64,000 nt of DNA from an uncultured Eubacteriales bacterium (GTDB lineage Bacteria > Bacillota > Clostridia > Christensenellales > UBA1242). Location of the stretch: positions 8,868 to 72,867 of the forward strand of contig CABSCS010000008.1 of the NCBI GenBank assembly GCA_902476355.1, given 5' to 3'. The translations under genes were made by a program, and so were the position numbers. Of this stretch, positions 45,314 to 57,478 are shown in pieces. The notes below the pieces were generated by a model, which was not told the origin of the DNA, ran no database searches, and saw only the letters and a list, made by a program, of their open reading frames with translations. The number at the start of each line of letters is the position of its first letter. The first letter of the stretch is position 1.

Positions 45314-47806
45314 ATGATAAATTTTCCAATGACACCAAATGTTAAAAAAGCACTTGATAATGCTGTTAAACTTGCATATTCTCTTGGCGAAACACAAGTT
45401 GGAACCGAGCACCTTTTATATGGTCTTGCAAGCACAGACGGATGTGTTGCACAGCGTCTTTTGGAAGATGCAGGAGCAACTAAAAGTGCAATTTTAAAAA
45501 TGATAAAACAAACAAGAGTTTCAAGAGGCTCTTTTATTGGTAAAGTTACTCTTGAATATACCCCTCGTGTGAAGGATATAATTCGCACAGCATCAACAAT
45601 TTGCTATGAAGCACAACTTGGCTATTTGGTAACCGAACATGTGCTTTATGCACTTTTGGCAGATTCGGGGTGCATGGCAGTAAGCATTCTTGAACAAGGT
45701 TTGTCGGTTGATGTTAAAGAACTTGCAATGCGTACGCTTGCAGTTATCAATGGTGAAGAAATTGATGACGACTATGCAAACTATGCATCATCAAGCAGTT
45801 CAACAACCAACTCATATGAAAAAAACAAAGACGCAAAGTCAAAAAATGTGAATGCAAAACTTCCCGAAGTTCTTCGTGATATGGGAATAGATTTAACCGA
45901 GCGCGCAAGACTTGGGAAAATGGATCCTATCATCGGTCGTGAAAAGGAAACCGAGCGTATCATTGAAATTCTTTGCAGAAAAACCAAAAATAACCCAGTT
46001 TTGATTGGTGAAGCCGGTGTTGGTAAGTCGGCTGTTGTTGAAGGTCTTGCACAAGCAATTGTAAAGGGTGATGTTCCCGAGGTTTTGAAAGGAAAAACCA
46101 TCTTTTCACTTGAAATTGGTTCGCTTATGGCGGGAACAAAATATCGTGGATCAATGGAAGAAAAATTGAAAAATGCCATTGAGACAATCATTTCTCAAAA
46201 GAACATTATTGTGTTTATTGATGAAATCCACATGCTTGCTCAGGCCGGAAGCAAAGACGGCGAAGTTTCTCCATCGGATATGTTAAAACCATATCTTGCT
46301 CGTGGTGAAATGCAAACCATTGGTGCAACCACAACCGAAGAATATCGCAAATTTATTGAAAAAGACAAAGCGCTTGAAAGAAGATTTCAACCAATTATTG
46401 TTGACCAACCAAGCGAAGAAGACACAATCAAAATTTTGCAAGGCATTCGTGATTCATATGAAGCCTTCCACAAAGTTAAAATCACAGACGACGCAATTAA
46501 AGCTGCTGTCAACTTGTCGGTTCGTTATATTATGGACAGAAGTTTGCCAGACAAAGCAATTGACCTTATTGATGAAGCATGTTCGCATGCAAGAGTTGGG
46601 GCATCGGTTGCATCTCCAAAACTTAAAGAACTTGAAGACGAACTTGCAAACATTGAACTTATGAAAGAAGAAGCACGCAGAACTGAAAACTATGATGGTG
46701 CTAAAATCTATAAAGACAAAGCAGACAAGTGCAAACAAGAAATTGAGCGTCTTCGTAAAGAATGGAACAATCAAAAACAAAGCCAAGAAGGGGTAATCAC
46801 CTCAGAAGACATTGCGCGTGTTGTTTCAAGTTGGACAAAGATTCCTGTAACAAAACTTACTGAAAGCGAGAAAGATAAACTTTTGCATCTTGAAGACACT
46901 CTTCACAAACGTGTTATCGGTCAAGACGAGGCCATTAAGGCTGTTTCAAAAGCAATTCGAAGAGCAAGAGCAGGACTTAAAGACCCAAAACGTCCAATTG
47001 GTTCGTTCATTTTCCTTGGCCCAACTGGTGTTGGTAAAACCGAACTTACAAAAGCACTTGCCGAAGCACTTTTTGATGATGAAAACACTGTTATTCGTCT
47101 TGATATGAGTGAGTATATGGAAGCACACTCAGTTTCAAAACTTATTGGTGCACCTCCTGGATATATTGGTCATGATGACGGCGGACAACTTACAGAACAG
47201 GTTAGAAGAAAACCATATTCTGTTGTGCTTTTTGATGAAATTGAAAAGGCTCATCCAGATGTATTCAACATGCTTTTACAGGTTCTTGATGATGGTCGTT
47301 TAACAGACAGCCAAGGCAGAACCGTAAGTTTCAAAAACACTGTTATCATTTTGACAAGTAACGTTGGTGTAAGCGATCTTCAAAAATCAAACAAACTTGG
47401 CTTTGGAGATGAGAAAACTGAAACCGAAAACTTCCACGAACATCTTTTGAACGCTCTTAAAGAGAAGTTTAAACCAGAGTTCTTGAACCGTATTGATGTG
47501 ACTGTTGTGTTTGATTATCTCACAAAAGACAATATCATTAAAATTGCAAACATTATGATTGAAAACCTCAACAAAAAACTTGCAAATAAAAACATTGAAC
47601 TTAAATTTACAAATGGTGCAATGCAAGAGATTTTTGACAAAGGTTATAACAAAGAATATGGTGCAAGACCTCTTAAACGTTATATTGAACAAAACATTGA
47701 AGACAACCTTGCCGAAGAAATTTTGATGGGCAACATTAACGATGGTGATAAAGTTGTTGTTTCGTTCAAAGATGGCAAGTTTGTGTTTTCAAAAGATGAA
47801 AAATAG
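45314..47806 (+). CDS. clpC: ATP-dependent Clp protease ATP-binding subunit ClpC
   Basis: Clp_N repeats. Two AAA+ modules (GEAGVGKS, GPTGVGKT). UVR linker. 830 aa. Confidence 0.95.
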   Translation: MINFPMTPNVKKALDNAVKLAYSLGETQVGTEHLLYGLASTDGCVAQRLLEDAGATKSAILKMIKQTRVSRGSFIGKVTLEYTPRVKDIIRTASTICYEAQLGYLVTEHVLYALLADSGCMAVSILEQGLSVDVKELAMRTLAVINGEEIDDDYANYASSSSSTTNSYEKNKDAKSKNVNAKLPEVLRDMGIDLTERARLGKMDPIIGREKETERIIEILCRKTKNNPVLIGEAGVGKSAVVEGLAQAIVKGDVPEVLKGKTIFSLEIGSLMAGTKYRGSMEEKLKNAIETIISQKNIIVFIDEIHMLAQAGSKDGEVSPSDMLKPYLARGEMQTIGATTTEEYRKFIEKDKALERRFQPIIVDQPSEEDTIKILQGIRDSYEAFHKVKITDDAIKAAVNLSVRYIMDRSLPDKAIDLIDEACSHARVGASVASPKLKELEDELANIELMKEEARRTENYDGAKIYKDKADKCKQEIERLRKEWNNQKQSQEGVITSEDIARVVSSWTKIPVTKLTESEKDKLLHLEDTLHKRVIGQDEAIKAVSKAIRRARAGLKDPKRPIGSFIFLGPTGVGKTELTKALAEALFDDENTVIRLDMSEYMEAHSVSKLIGAPPGYIGHDDGGQLTEQVRRKPYSVVLFDEIEKAHPDVFNMLLQVLDDGRLTDSQGRTVSFKNTVIILTSNVGVSDLQKSNKLGFGDEKTETENFHEHLLNALKEKFKPEFLNRIDVTVVFDYLTKDNIIKIANIMIENLNKKLANKNIELKFTNGAMQEIFDKGYNKEYGARPLKRYIEQNIEDNLAEEILMGNINDGDKVVVSFKDGKFVFSKDEK

Positions 47807-47816
47807 GTGAGGACAA

Positions 47817-47851
47817 AATAAAAAAGAGTTCAAAATTTGAACTCTTTTTTT
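47817..47851. terminator. Bidirectional terminator between clpC and hpf
   Basis: A-run, AGAGTTCAAA/TTTGAACTCT palindrome, T7. Confidence 0.8.
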
Positions 47852-47869
47852 ATTGTTATTTAGTTTTTT

Positions 47870-48403
47870 TTAGATGTTTGTTTCGATAACGCCATAATCA
47901 TCATCACCACGGCGATAGAGAACACTTACTTTTTGTGTTTTCTCGTTCAAGAAAACATAGAAATCATGGTCAACAAGGTCAAGTTGTTCCATTGCTTCTG
48001 CTTCGCTCATTGGGTGAAGGTCATAGTGTTTGCGTTTTGAGATTACTGGTTTTCTGAATTTTGGAAGTTCGTCAAAGAACAAAAGTTCAGCAGGATCAAT
48101 GAATCCGCCTTTCTTTGCTGTTGACAATTTGTCTTGATGTTTAACAATTTGTCTTTCAATTTTTGACAAGCAAGTGTCAATATTAACATACATGTTGTCT
48201 GATTCAACTTCGCTTCTTACAAAAAGATTTTTAGCGGTGAGTGTAACTTCCATTTTATAACTGTTGTCGTTTCTTGAAGATAAAACAACTTTGCATGAAG
48301 AGTCTTCGCCAACATATTTTTCAAAACGATTAACTTTTTTCTCAATAAGGTCTTTGAGTTTGTCTTTTGCTTTGTATCCTCTTTCTAAAATATCAATTCT
48401 CAT
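47870..48403 (-). CDS. hpf: Ribosome hibernation promoting factor (long HPF)
   Basis: S30AE N-domain (VTLTAKNLFVRSE...IERQIVKHQDKL) plus C-terminal dimerisation domain (DHDFYVFLN...VLYRRGDDDYGVIE). ATG at 48403 after a GGAGGA RBS. Confidence 0.9.
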   Translation of the reverse strand: MRIDILERGYKAKDKLKDLIEKKVNRFEKYVGEDSSCKVVLSSRNDNSYKMEVTLTAKNLFVRSEVESDNMYVNIDTCLSKIERQIVKHQDKLSTAKKGGFIDPAELLFFDELPKFRKPVISKRKHYDLHPMSEAEAMEQLDLVDHDFYVFLNEKTQKVSVLYRRGDDDYGVIETNI

Positions 48404-48476
48404 AATTTTTTCCTCCCTAATTAGTAGTATGATTATACCATATGCAAAAAATTTAGCCAAACAAATAAAAGCCATT

Positions 48477-48989
48477 TTAATTTTTTTTGTAAAGTTTTAT
48501 CAATTTTTTGCACCAATCAATATTTGGCACGGTGCTTAAAACAGTTGGTTCAAGGTCTTCTTCATTTATAATGGGGCGCATTTTGATTGTAAGCCCAACC
48601 GAAAGTGTTTCAGGAAGAATGGGATAGTTCAGTGTCAAATTGTCTGAATAGCCAGTTTTGTAAACTAGAATCGTGAGATATCCAAATTGCGGAAGTGTTG
48701 TCATTGAAAAATTGTTTGAAGGAATGATTGGAACGCTTATAATGCTTGTCATGCCATGTTTGTTCGTTTTTTCATAGTGGCGTGAGTCAACAATGCAAAC
48801 TGTTGCGTTGTTGATTGGAATGAGTGATGATTCTTCCAAAACTGTAATTTGAATTTTTGCGGTTTGGCGCGGTGAGAATGCTTGGTTTATTCTTGCATGT
48901 TTACCAATGGAGAAAAACAACATCATTAAAAATATGATGTTTAGAAAAATAAGAGTGCTTGTGAGTGTTTTTAATAGATTGTTTTTCAT
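48477..48989 (-). CDS. Membrane-anchored protein with a carboxypeptidase-regulatory-like beta-sandwich (tentative)
   Basis: N-terminal TM helix. ITVLEESSLIPINNATVCIVD...TNKHGMT resembles the CarboxypepD_reg pattern. Confidence 0.4.
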   Translation of the reverse strand: MKNNLLKTLTSTLIFLNIIFLMMLFFSIGKHARINQAFSPRQTAKIQITVLEESSLIPINNATVCIVDSRHYEKTNKHGMTSIISVPIIPSNNFSMTTLPQFGYLTILVYKTGYSDNLTLNYPILPETLSVGLTIKMRPIINEEDLEPTVLSTVPNIDWCKKLIKLYKKN

Positions 48990-49047
48990 GTTAAACTATA
49001 TTCACAAAATGATTTTCAAATTCTGAAAAATAGTGTAAAATATAAAT

Positions 49048-50046
49048 ATGGAAATAAGAATAAATCATCTTTGCTTTGGCTATATCAAGCGTCCACTTTC
49101 TGTGGTCGACTTTTCCTGTGCTTTAAAAAATGGAGAAATTCTTTCGCTTGTTGGTGGAGAGGGCGCTGGCAAAACCAGCCTTCTTCGCGTTGTTTCTGGG
49201 CTTGAAAAGCAATATGTGGGAACAATTTTCATGAATGGTAAAAACGCAGAAACCCTTTCGCTTGAAGAAAGAAACATTTCATATATTCCGTCAGAGCCTG
49301 TTGTGTTTATGGGCAAAAGTGTTGAAAAGAATTTTGAGTTTTTGTTTAAAGTTCTTCAAAAAGAATATGATGATAGTATAGTGAAAGAAACAATGCAAAA
49401 GTTTGGCCTTGACATTGACATTAAAACAAAGATGAAGAAACTATCATCTGCACAAAGAAAAGTGTTCACCATTGCAAGAGCGTTCATTAAAAGTCCAACA
49501 TTGTTTTTGATTGATGACCTTTTTAAAAATGAGAAAGAAGAAGATTGCTTGTTCATAAAAAACTCAATTTCAACGCTTTTTAAAGAAAGAAACACACTTT
49601 CAAGCGTGATTATGGTTGAAAACAATGTTTTTCACGTTGGCAAAGCAAATCAATATTTCTATTTCAGTTATGGCAAAAACACAAAAATTTCTGGCATAAA
49701 TGAAATTGAGAAAAATCCAATCGATATGTATGCCCTTGACTTTTTCAAGCATTTTGAAAAGGATTATATCTTATATTTTGATGGATATAATTATTTTTTG
49801 AAAGACTATGAACTTGTCAAAAAATCTAAAAATCAATTTGAAAAAATTTTAAAAAGACAAATTAAACTTGACCAATGTTTTTCAGACGTAATGTCAAAGC
49901 AAAAACTTGAACCAGAAACCGAGATGCAGGTTAGGGTTGCGGGCGTTCAAGAGTTTGAAAATTTGTCAGATGAGATTTTAAACAATTTGTTAAAGAGTGG
50001 TGAAATTTTTATTTTTGATAAAAATAGTTTCACCAAAGTGATATAA
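49048..50046 (+). CDS. ABC-type ATPase-like protein with degenerate motifs and an extra C-terminal domain
   Basis: Walker A GGEGAGKTS. Signature is LSSAQRK instead of LSGGQ. Walker B is LFLIDDLF (D-D, no catalytic Glu). About 130 extra C-terminal residues. No adjacent permease. Confidence 0.6.
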   Translation: MEIRINHLCFGYIKRPLSVVDFSCALKNGEILSLVGGEGAGKTSLLRVVSGLEKQYVGTIFMNGKNAETLSLEERNISYIPSEPVVFMGKSVEKNFEFLFKVLQKEYDDSIVKETMQKFGLDIDIKTKMKKLSSAQRKVFTIARAFIKSPTLFLIDDLFKNEKEEDCLFIKNSISTLFKERNTLSSVIMVENNVFHVGKANQYFYFSYGKNTKISGINEIEKNPIDMYALDFFKHFEKDYILYFDGYNYFLKDYELVKKSKNQFEKILKRQIKLDQCFSDVMSKQKLEPETEMQVRVAGVQEFENLSDEILNNLLKSGEIFIFDKNSFTKVI

Positions 50047-50109
50047 ACAATTGATTTTTACAAAGATTTTGTTATACTATTATATGAATGCAAAACAAAG
50101 GAGAGAGGA

Positions 50110-50459
50110 ATGGCAATTTCGGCAGACAATAAAAAATCAACAAAAAAATGCGATTTCATGGAAAAGGTTTATAAATATCTTAATGGCGACCAAAAGGTTG
50201 AAATTGCAGATGCGTTTTTGACAAAGAACATGATTGATGTTTTCAAAGATGTTGAACTTCGTCAAAGTATTGATGCTTTTTTTGCTAACAATCTTAACAT
50301 TAGCGAAACGAGCAGAAATGCGTTCATGCACAGAAACACTTTGCTTTATCGCATAGACAAAATTCAAAAACTTACTGGGCTCAATATCAGAAACTTTAAT
50401 GACGCAGTAATGCTTCTTCACCTTGAACAAATCTATGAAAAAACAAAGAATATCAGATA

Positions 50460-50460
<1 letters not shown>
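50110..50460 (+). CDS. Small PucR/CdaR-type C-terminal HTH protein
   Basis: NISETSRNAFMHRNTLLYRIDKIQKLTGLNIRNFNDAVML matches the PucR-like HTH pattern. Confidence 0.5.
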
Positions 50461-52381
<1,921 letters not shown>

Positions 52382-52392
52382 AGGAGAAAATA

Positions 52393-52686
52393 ATGGATTC
52401 TAAAACTCGTGCAAAACTTCGTGCACTTGCAAGTCAAATTGATGCAACTGTCATTGTTGGCAAAGATGGAATTACAGACAATGTTCTTGCTCAAATTTCA
52501 ATGGAACTTGACGCGAAAGAACTTGTGAAAATTTCAGTGCTATCAAGTGATGAAGACTATAAAGCAATGCTTGAAGAAATTTCAAACAAACTTAAAGCAG
52601 AACCTATTTGCCACATTGGCAAAAAATTGGTTGTTTATCGCTTTTCAATGAAAAAGAAAGTTAAACATGTTCTAGAAGAAAAATAA
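52393..52686 (+). CDS. yhbY: YhbY-like CRM-domain RNA-binding protein
   Basis: About 97 aa. KAKLRALAS...VIVGKDGITDNV...ELVKI...GKKLVVYR. Confidence 0.8.
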   Translation: MDSKTRAKLRALASQIDATVIVGKDGITDNVLAQISMELDAKELVKISVLSSDEDYKAMLEEISNKLKAEPICHIGKKLVVYRFSMKKKVKHVLEEK

Positions 52687-52729
52687 AATATGCTTGACTT
52701 TGAACCTTTTTGGTTTATAATTAAATTAT

Positions 52730-52973
52730 TATAAAGACGATGACTATGTAAAGTAGTTTTCAATTTCCATGAAGAGAGTGTTGCTCGTGGCTGGAAGGCA
52801 ACATATGGTTCAGTTGAAAATGAATTTCGGCATATGAGTTGCTTGCAGGAAATGGCAAGTCGGTTGCCCCCGTGAAAGGCTGAAACGAGACACTTTTTGT
52901 GTGAAACAAGGTGGTACCACGCTTTCAACGCGTCCTTGGAGAGACAATCTCCATGGGCGCTTTTATTTTTTTT
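52730..52973 (+). promoter_or_regulatory. T-box leader (tRNA-Phe-responsive) controlling pheST
   Basis: Promoter TTGACT-16-TATAAT at 52694-52721. Stem I AGAGAG motif. UUC triplet at 52826-52828 on the 3' side of Stem I. T-box sequence AACAAGGTGGTACCACGC (52906-52923). Terminator GCGTCC...GGGCGC followed by a T-run. Confidence 0.8.
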
Positions 52974-52987
52974 AAAGGAGAAGAAAA

Positions 52988-54019
52988 ATGAAAGAGAAAA
53001 TCTTAAAACTTAAAGAAGAATTTGAAGAGTTCTGCAAAAATGTAAAATCGCTTGCCGATGTAGAATCTTTGCGTCTTGACTTTCTTGGAAAAAAAGGAAA
53101 AATCACAAATTTAATGGCTGATTTCCGTCTTGTTCCAAACGAACAAAAGAAAGAAATTGGAATGCTTATCAACAACCTTAAAACAAACGTTGAAGAAACT
53201 GCAAAAAATTTGAAAGAAAAGGTTGAGGCTCTTGCTCTTGAAGAAGAACTTAAAAATGACAAGAAAATTGACTATACTTTGCCAGTTGATTTGAAAACCG
53301 GAGCACTTTCACCAAGAACCATTCTTCAAAAACAAATCATTGACACTTTTGTTTCAATGGGCTTTATTGTTGAAGATGGAAATGAAATTGAAACCGAATA
53401 TAACAACTTTGACTCTGTAAATGTTCCTGCATCGCACCCAGCACGTGACATGCAAGACACTTTCTGGCTTGACAATGGCGAGGTTTTGAAAACTCAAACT
53501 TCTGCTGCACAAAACCGCATTTTGAGAACACATGGTCCAAAATGTCGTGTTATTTTTCCAGGAAGATGTTTCAGAAATGAAGCACTTGATGCAACCCATG
53601 AAAACACATTCTTCCAAGTTGAAGGCGTTGTTGTTGACGAAAACGTTTCTGTTGCAAACCTTATCTATTTCATGAAACAAATGCTTAAAGGCGTGTTCAA
53701 AAAAGATGTGAACGTTCGTCTTCGTCCTGGATTTTTCCCATTCACTGAACCAAGTTTCGAACTTGATGCAACATGCCCATTCTGTGGTGGAAAGGGTTGC
53801 AACTCTTGTTCAAAAACTGGCTGGCTTGAACTTTGCCCATGCGGTATGATTCATCCAAATGTTTTAAAAATGGCTGGAATTGACCCAGACAAATATAACG
53901 GCTTTGCGTTTGGTCTTGGCTTTGACCGCTTGGTTATGATTAGAACTGGTCTTGAAGATATCCGTTATCTTAACAGCGGAAATATTAAACTTTTAAGCCA
54001 ATATGGAACAAAGATATAG
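52988..54019 (+). CDS. pheS: Phenylalanine--tRNA ligase alpha subunit
   Basis: Class II motifs: FPGRCFRNEALDATH, GFAFGLGFDRL. Confidence 0.95.
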   Translation: MKEKILKLKEEFEEFCKNVKSLADVESLRLDFLGKKGKITNLMADFRLVPNEQKKEIGMLINNLKTNVEETAKNLKEKVEALALEEELKNDKKIDYTLPVDLKTGALSPRTILQKQIIDTFVSMGFIVEDGNEIETEYNNFDSVNVPASHPARDMQDTFWLDNGEVLKTQTSAAQNRILRTHGPKCRVIFPGRCFRNEALDATHENTFFQVEGVVVDENVSVANLIYFMKQMLKGVFKKDVNVRLRPGFFPFTEPSFELDATCPFCGGKGCNSCSKTGWLELCPCGMIHPNVLKMAGIDPDKYNGFAFGLGFDRLVMIRTGLEDIRYLNSGNIKLLSQYGTKI

Positions 54020-54031
54020 GAGGAGAAGACA

Positions 54032-56407
54032 ATGTATATTTCAATGAATTGGATTAAAGATTTTGTTGATCTTGACGGAATCTCTACCGAAGAACTTGTG
54101 AAAAGATTCAACCTTGCAACTGCCGAAATTGAAGGCTATGAAGAAAAGGGAAAAGACACCTATGGCGTTGTTTTTGGAAAGATTATTGAATGCAAAAATC
54201 ATCCAGAATCAAATCATCTTCACATTTTGAAAGTTGATGTTGGCAAAGAAGTTCTTCAAATTGTTTGTGGTGCGCCAAATGCGCGAGAAGGTCTTGTTAC
54301 ATGCGTTGCAACTGTTGGTGGCTGTGTTTCAGGAATGAAAATTAAACCTGCAAAACTTGTTGGTGTTGAATCTTTCGGAATGTGTTGCAGTGCCGCAGAA
54401 CTTGGAATTGGTGCCGACGATGATGGAATCATGGAAGTGACCGAAAATGTAACACTTGGTGAAGACATTAAAAATGTTTGGCCAGTTGATGATGTTGTTC
54501 TTGAAATTGACAACAAAACATTAACAAACCGTCCTGACCTTTGGGGTCACTATGGTTTGGCTCGTGAATTTGCTGCAATTTTTGACAAGCAACTTAAACC
54601 ACTTGAGACTCTTGACCTTTCAAAATTTGATGGTCTTGAAAAAATTCCTGTTGAAAATCTGAACGAAGATTGCTATCGCTATGGTGCAATTTCTGTTGAC
54701 AATGTGACAGTTAAAAAATCACCAATGAAAATGGCAATCCGTTTGTGTTATGCCGGAATGAGAGATATCAATCTTTTGGCAGACATTACAAACTATGTAA
54801 TGCTTGAAACTGGTCAACCAATGCATGCTTTTGACCATGATGTTGTCTCGGGCATTAAAGTTTTGAAAGCACAAAAAGGTGACAAACTCTTGACTCTTGA
54901 AGGTGAAGAACACGACATTCCAGAAGGCGCAATTGTAATTGCAGATGATAAAAAAGTTCCTGTTGCAATTGCAGGAATTAAAGGCGGACTTAAATCATCA
55001 ATTTCAGACACAACAACAAATGTTTTGTTTGAAGGTGCAAACTTTGACCCAGTAATGATAAGAAAAACAAGCCGTGCAATTGGTCTTGTTACTGACGCAT
55101 CTCAACGCTATGAAAAATCACTTGACCCAGAACTTACAAGCGTTGCTCTTGGAAGACTTTTGGAAATTTTGCGTCATATTGACAAAGATATTGTTGTTTC
55201 AAGCGCATTTTCAGATGTTTATACAAAGAAATATGATAAAAAGATAATCAATATCACATCAGAATTCATTTCTCGAAGAATTGGTGCACAAATCAGTGAC
55301 GAACAAATTGTAAAAGTTCTTTCTGCTCTTGGTTTTGGCGTTGAACAAAACGGAGAGGTTATAACTGCACATGTTCCAACATATCGTGCAACCAAAGATG
55401 TTTCAATGAAAGAAGATTTGGTTGAAGAAATTGCAAGAATGTATGGCTATGACAACATTGTTCCAGCACCACTCAGTTTCAATCCTGCACCAGTTGAACT
55501 TAATGTTCAAGTTCGTGAAGAATATGAAGTGAAAAAACTGCTTGCTGTGAAATATAATGCAGTTGAGGTTCAATCTCACATTTGGAACTTTGCCGACTTT
55601 AACAAAGCGCATTTCATTGAAAGTGAAAGTATTGTTAAACTTCTTGACAGTTCAAATGCTGGTCAAAGCGGAATCAGAAGTGAACTTCTTCCAACAATGC
55701 TTAAAGTTGTTTCAGAAAACCGAAATGTTCTTTCAGATATTCGTGTGTTTGAAGTTGGAAGAGTTGCTCCAAGTTTGAATGAAGAAAAACTTGTAAACGA
55801 AGAAAAACATCTTGCTGTTGTTTTTGCAAGTCAAACTGAAAGCATTGAAAACCTTTTTGAAGAACTCAAAAGATTTGTTATTGACTATGCTAAAAACGAA
55901 CTTCAACTTGATCTTTGGCTTAAAGAGGGTGAGAAACCATCATATATGCACCCATACAATACATTCAGAATTGTTTCAAGAGAAGATGATTTTGGATATG
56001 TTGGTGTCCTTAATCCAAAGGTTTCAAAATCAATTGATAAGCGTCTTAACATGGTTTGTCTTGAACTTGATTTTGGAGTCCTTGCAGGAAAACATGGCTT
56101 CTTCAAAAAAGCAAAAGTTCCTTCAAAATTCCAAAGCGTTAAACTTGATGTAAGCGTTTCAGTTCCTGCTTCTATGCTTTATGGCGAACTTGAACAAGTG
56201 CTTAATAAATATCGTTCAAAAATTTCAAATGGCTATATTTTGAAAGATATCTATGAGGCTGATTCGCAAACAACCGGAACAAAAAATGTTACTGTTTCAT
56301 ATGAACTTTGCGGAAAAGACCATACTCTTGAAGGAACAGAAATTGACCAATTTTTGAATGGTCTTATTGAACATCTTGAAAAGAATAAACTTGTTGTTAA
56401 AAGATAA
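54032..56407 (+). CDS. pheT: Phenylalanine--tRNA ligase beta subunit
   Basis: N-terminal tRNA-binding OB fold, B3/4, B5 and FDX-ACB domains. 791 aa. Confidence 0.95.
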   Translation: MYISMNWIKDFVDLDGISTEELVKRFNLATAEIEGYEEKGKDTYGVVFGKIIECKNHPESNHLHILKVDVGKEVLQIVCGAPNAREGLVTCVATVGGCVSGMKIKPAKLVGVESFGMCCSAAELGIGADDDGIMEVTENVTLGEDIKNVWPVDDVVLEIDNKTLTNRPDLWGHYGLAREFAAIFDKQLKPLETLDLSKFDGLEKIPVENLNEDCYRYGAISVDNVTVKKSPMKMAIRLCYAGMRDINLLADITNYVMLETGQPMHAFDHDVVSGIKVLKAQKGDKLLTLEGEEHDIPEGAIVIADDKKVPVAIAGIKGGLKSSISDTTTNVLFEGANFDPVMIRKTSRAIGLVTDASQRYEKSLDPELTSVALGRLLEILRHIDKDIVVSSAFSDVYTKKYDKKIINITSEFISRRIGAQISDEQIVKVLSALGFGVEQNGEVITAHVPTYRATKDVSMKEDLVEEIARMYGYDNIVPAPLSFNPAPVELNVQVREEYEVKKLLAVKYNAVEVQSHIWNFADFNKAHFIESESIVKLLDSSNAGQSGIRSELLPTMLKVVSENRNVLSDIRVFEVGRVAPSLNEEKLVNEEKHLAVVFASQTESIENLFEELKRFVIDYAKNELQLDLWLKEGEKPSYMHPYNTFRIVSREDDFGYVGVLNPKVSKSIDKRLNMVCLELDFGVLAGKHGFFKKAKVPSKFQSVKLDVSVSVPASMLYGELEQVLNKYRSKISNGYILKDIYEADSQTTGTKNVTVSYELCGKDHTLEGTEIDQFLNGLIEHLEKNKLVVKR

Positions 56408-56454
56408 AATAAGTCATAAAAATATAAGATAAAAATGATTACAAATTGTAATAT

Positions 56455-56486
56455 AAAAAATAGACCAAATTATGGTCTATTTTTTA
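56455..56486 (+). terminator. Rho-independent terminator after pheT
   Basis: A6-TAGACC-aaattat-GGTCTA-T6. Confidence 0.8.
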
Positions 56487-56526
56487 TTGCCGATTTTATG
56501 CTTTAATAATGTTTGTTAGCAATAAA

Positions 56527-57384
56527 TCAAACATGATTTTTTGTCTCAAATTTATCGTTATCATTTTCTTTTTTATACATGTTTAAAAGACTAGTTTTTT
56601 GCTCTTCTTGCTTTGGTTTTCCAAAAATGAAAAGAATAATTGAAAGAATAAAAGAGATAAAAGCAATATAAACATAGTGCTTTGAATATGGAATTATCAT
56701 TGACAATATATATAATATAATTGAAACTTTCAACATATTTTTTGCTTGCGTACGGCAAAATAGATATGAATATTCATGTTTTCTTTTAATAATTTGCGTT
56801 TTTTCTGTTTGTGGTAAATTATATTGCTTATTTTTTACGATAGCAAAAAGAATGTCTGGGGTGATGAATGATATCTTAAAATCTTTAACATTTTTAACAA
56901 TCCGTTTTGCACTTTCATTTACATTTGAACAGATGATTGCAACTTCTTTTGTATTGTTTTTCTTTAAAAACTCCGTGTTTGATATGACCGTGAAAATATC
57001 TTCATCAATGACGCTTGTTTGTGAAATTTTGTTCAAGATTGCCGTGTTATTTTTGAGTAAAAAATACTGATTTTTTTGTGATGAAATTTCGGCAGAAAAC
57101 AATGATTTTATAAAGGCGTTTTGTTTGATTTTTGTTTGGCTTTTCAAATAATATGTCAGATTTTCAATTTGTTTTTCTTCGCTTTTTTTCAGCCCTAATT
57201 TTCGATATTTTTTGTTTTGAATGCCAACAATAATTTTTACAAAAATAAATGTTAAAGCAATTGATATAATGAGGCATAAAATTTTATTTGCAATATACTT
57301 TTTCAATGTAAGATAACAGAAAAACATCCACAAAACACCAAGAGTGGAGTTGTCAAGAAATCTTGCAAGTTTGCTTCGTTCCAT
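56527..57384 (-). CDS. Membrane protein of unknown function
   Basis: 285 aa. Two N-terminal and two C-terminal hydrophobic helices flank a soluble middle domain. Confidence 0.45.
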   Translation of the reverse strand: MERSKLARFLDNSTLGVLWMFFCYLTLKKYIANKILCLIISIALTFIFVKIIVGIQNKKYRKLGLKKSEEKQIENLTYYLKSQTKIKQNAFIKSLFSAEISSQKNQYFLLKNNTAILNKISQTSVIDEDIFTVISNTEFLKKNNTKEVAIICSNVNESAKRIVKNVKDFKISFITPDILFAIVKNKQYNLPQTEKTQIIKRKHEYSYLFCRTQAKNMLKVSIILYILSMIIPYSKHYVYIAFISFILSIILFIFGKPKQEEQKTSLLNMYKKENDNDKFETKNHV

Positions 57385-57478
57385 GCAATAAATTATTTCA
57401 AATATTATTTATAATATACACGTGCTAAAAAGTTGCCACCCAGGAATAAAACGGGTATAATATGATAAGGAGAAAAAT

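Noticed and set aside
45052-45588. Long antisense or alternative-frame ORFs inside conserved genes (e.g. 45052-45588 in mcsB/clpC, 15766-16206 in smc, 51077-51511 in obg, 4249-4755 in rsmD, 5546-5785 in ylbJ).
   Set aside because: Each lies wholly within a CDS with clear family motifs on the other strand or frame. They have no RBS and a biased, repetitive composition, so they are shadow ORFs.
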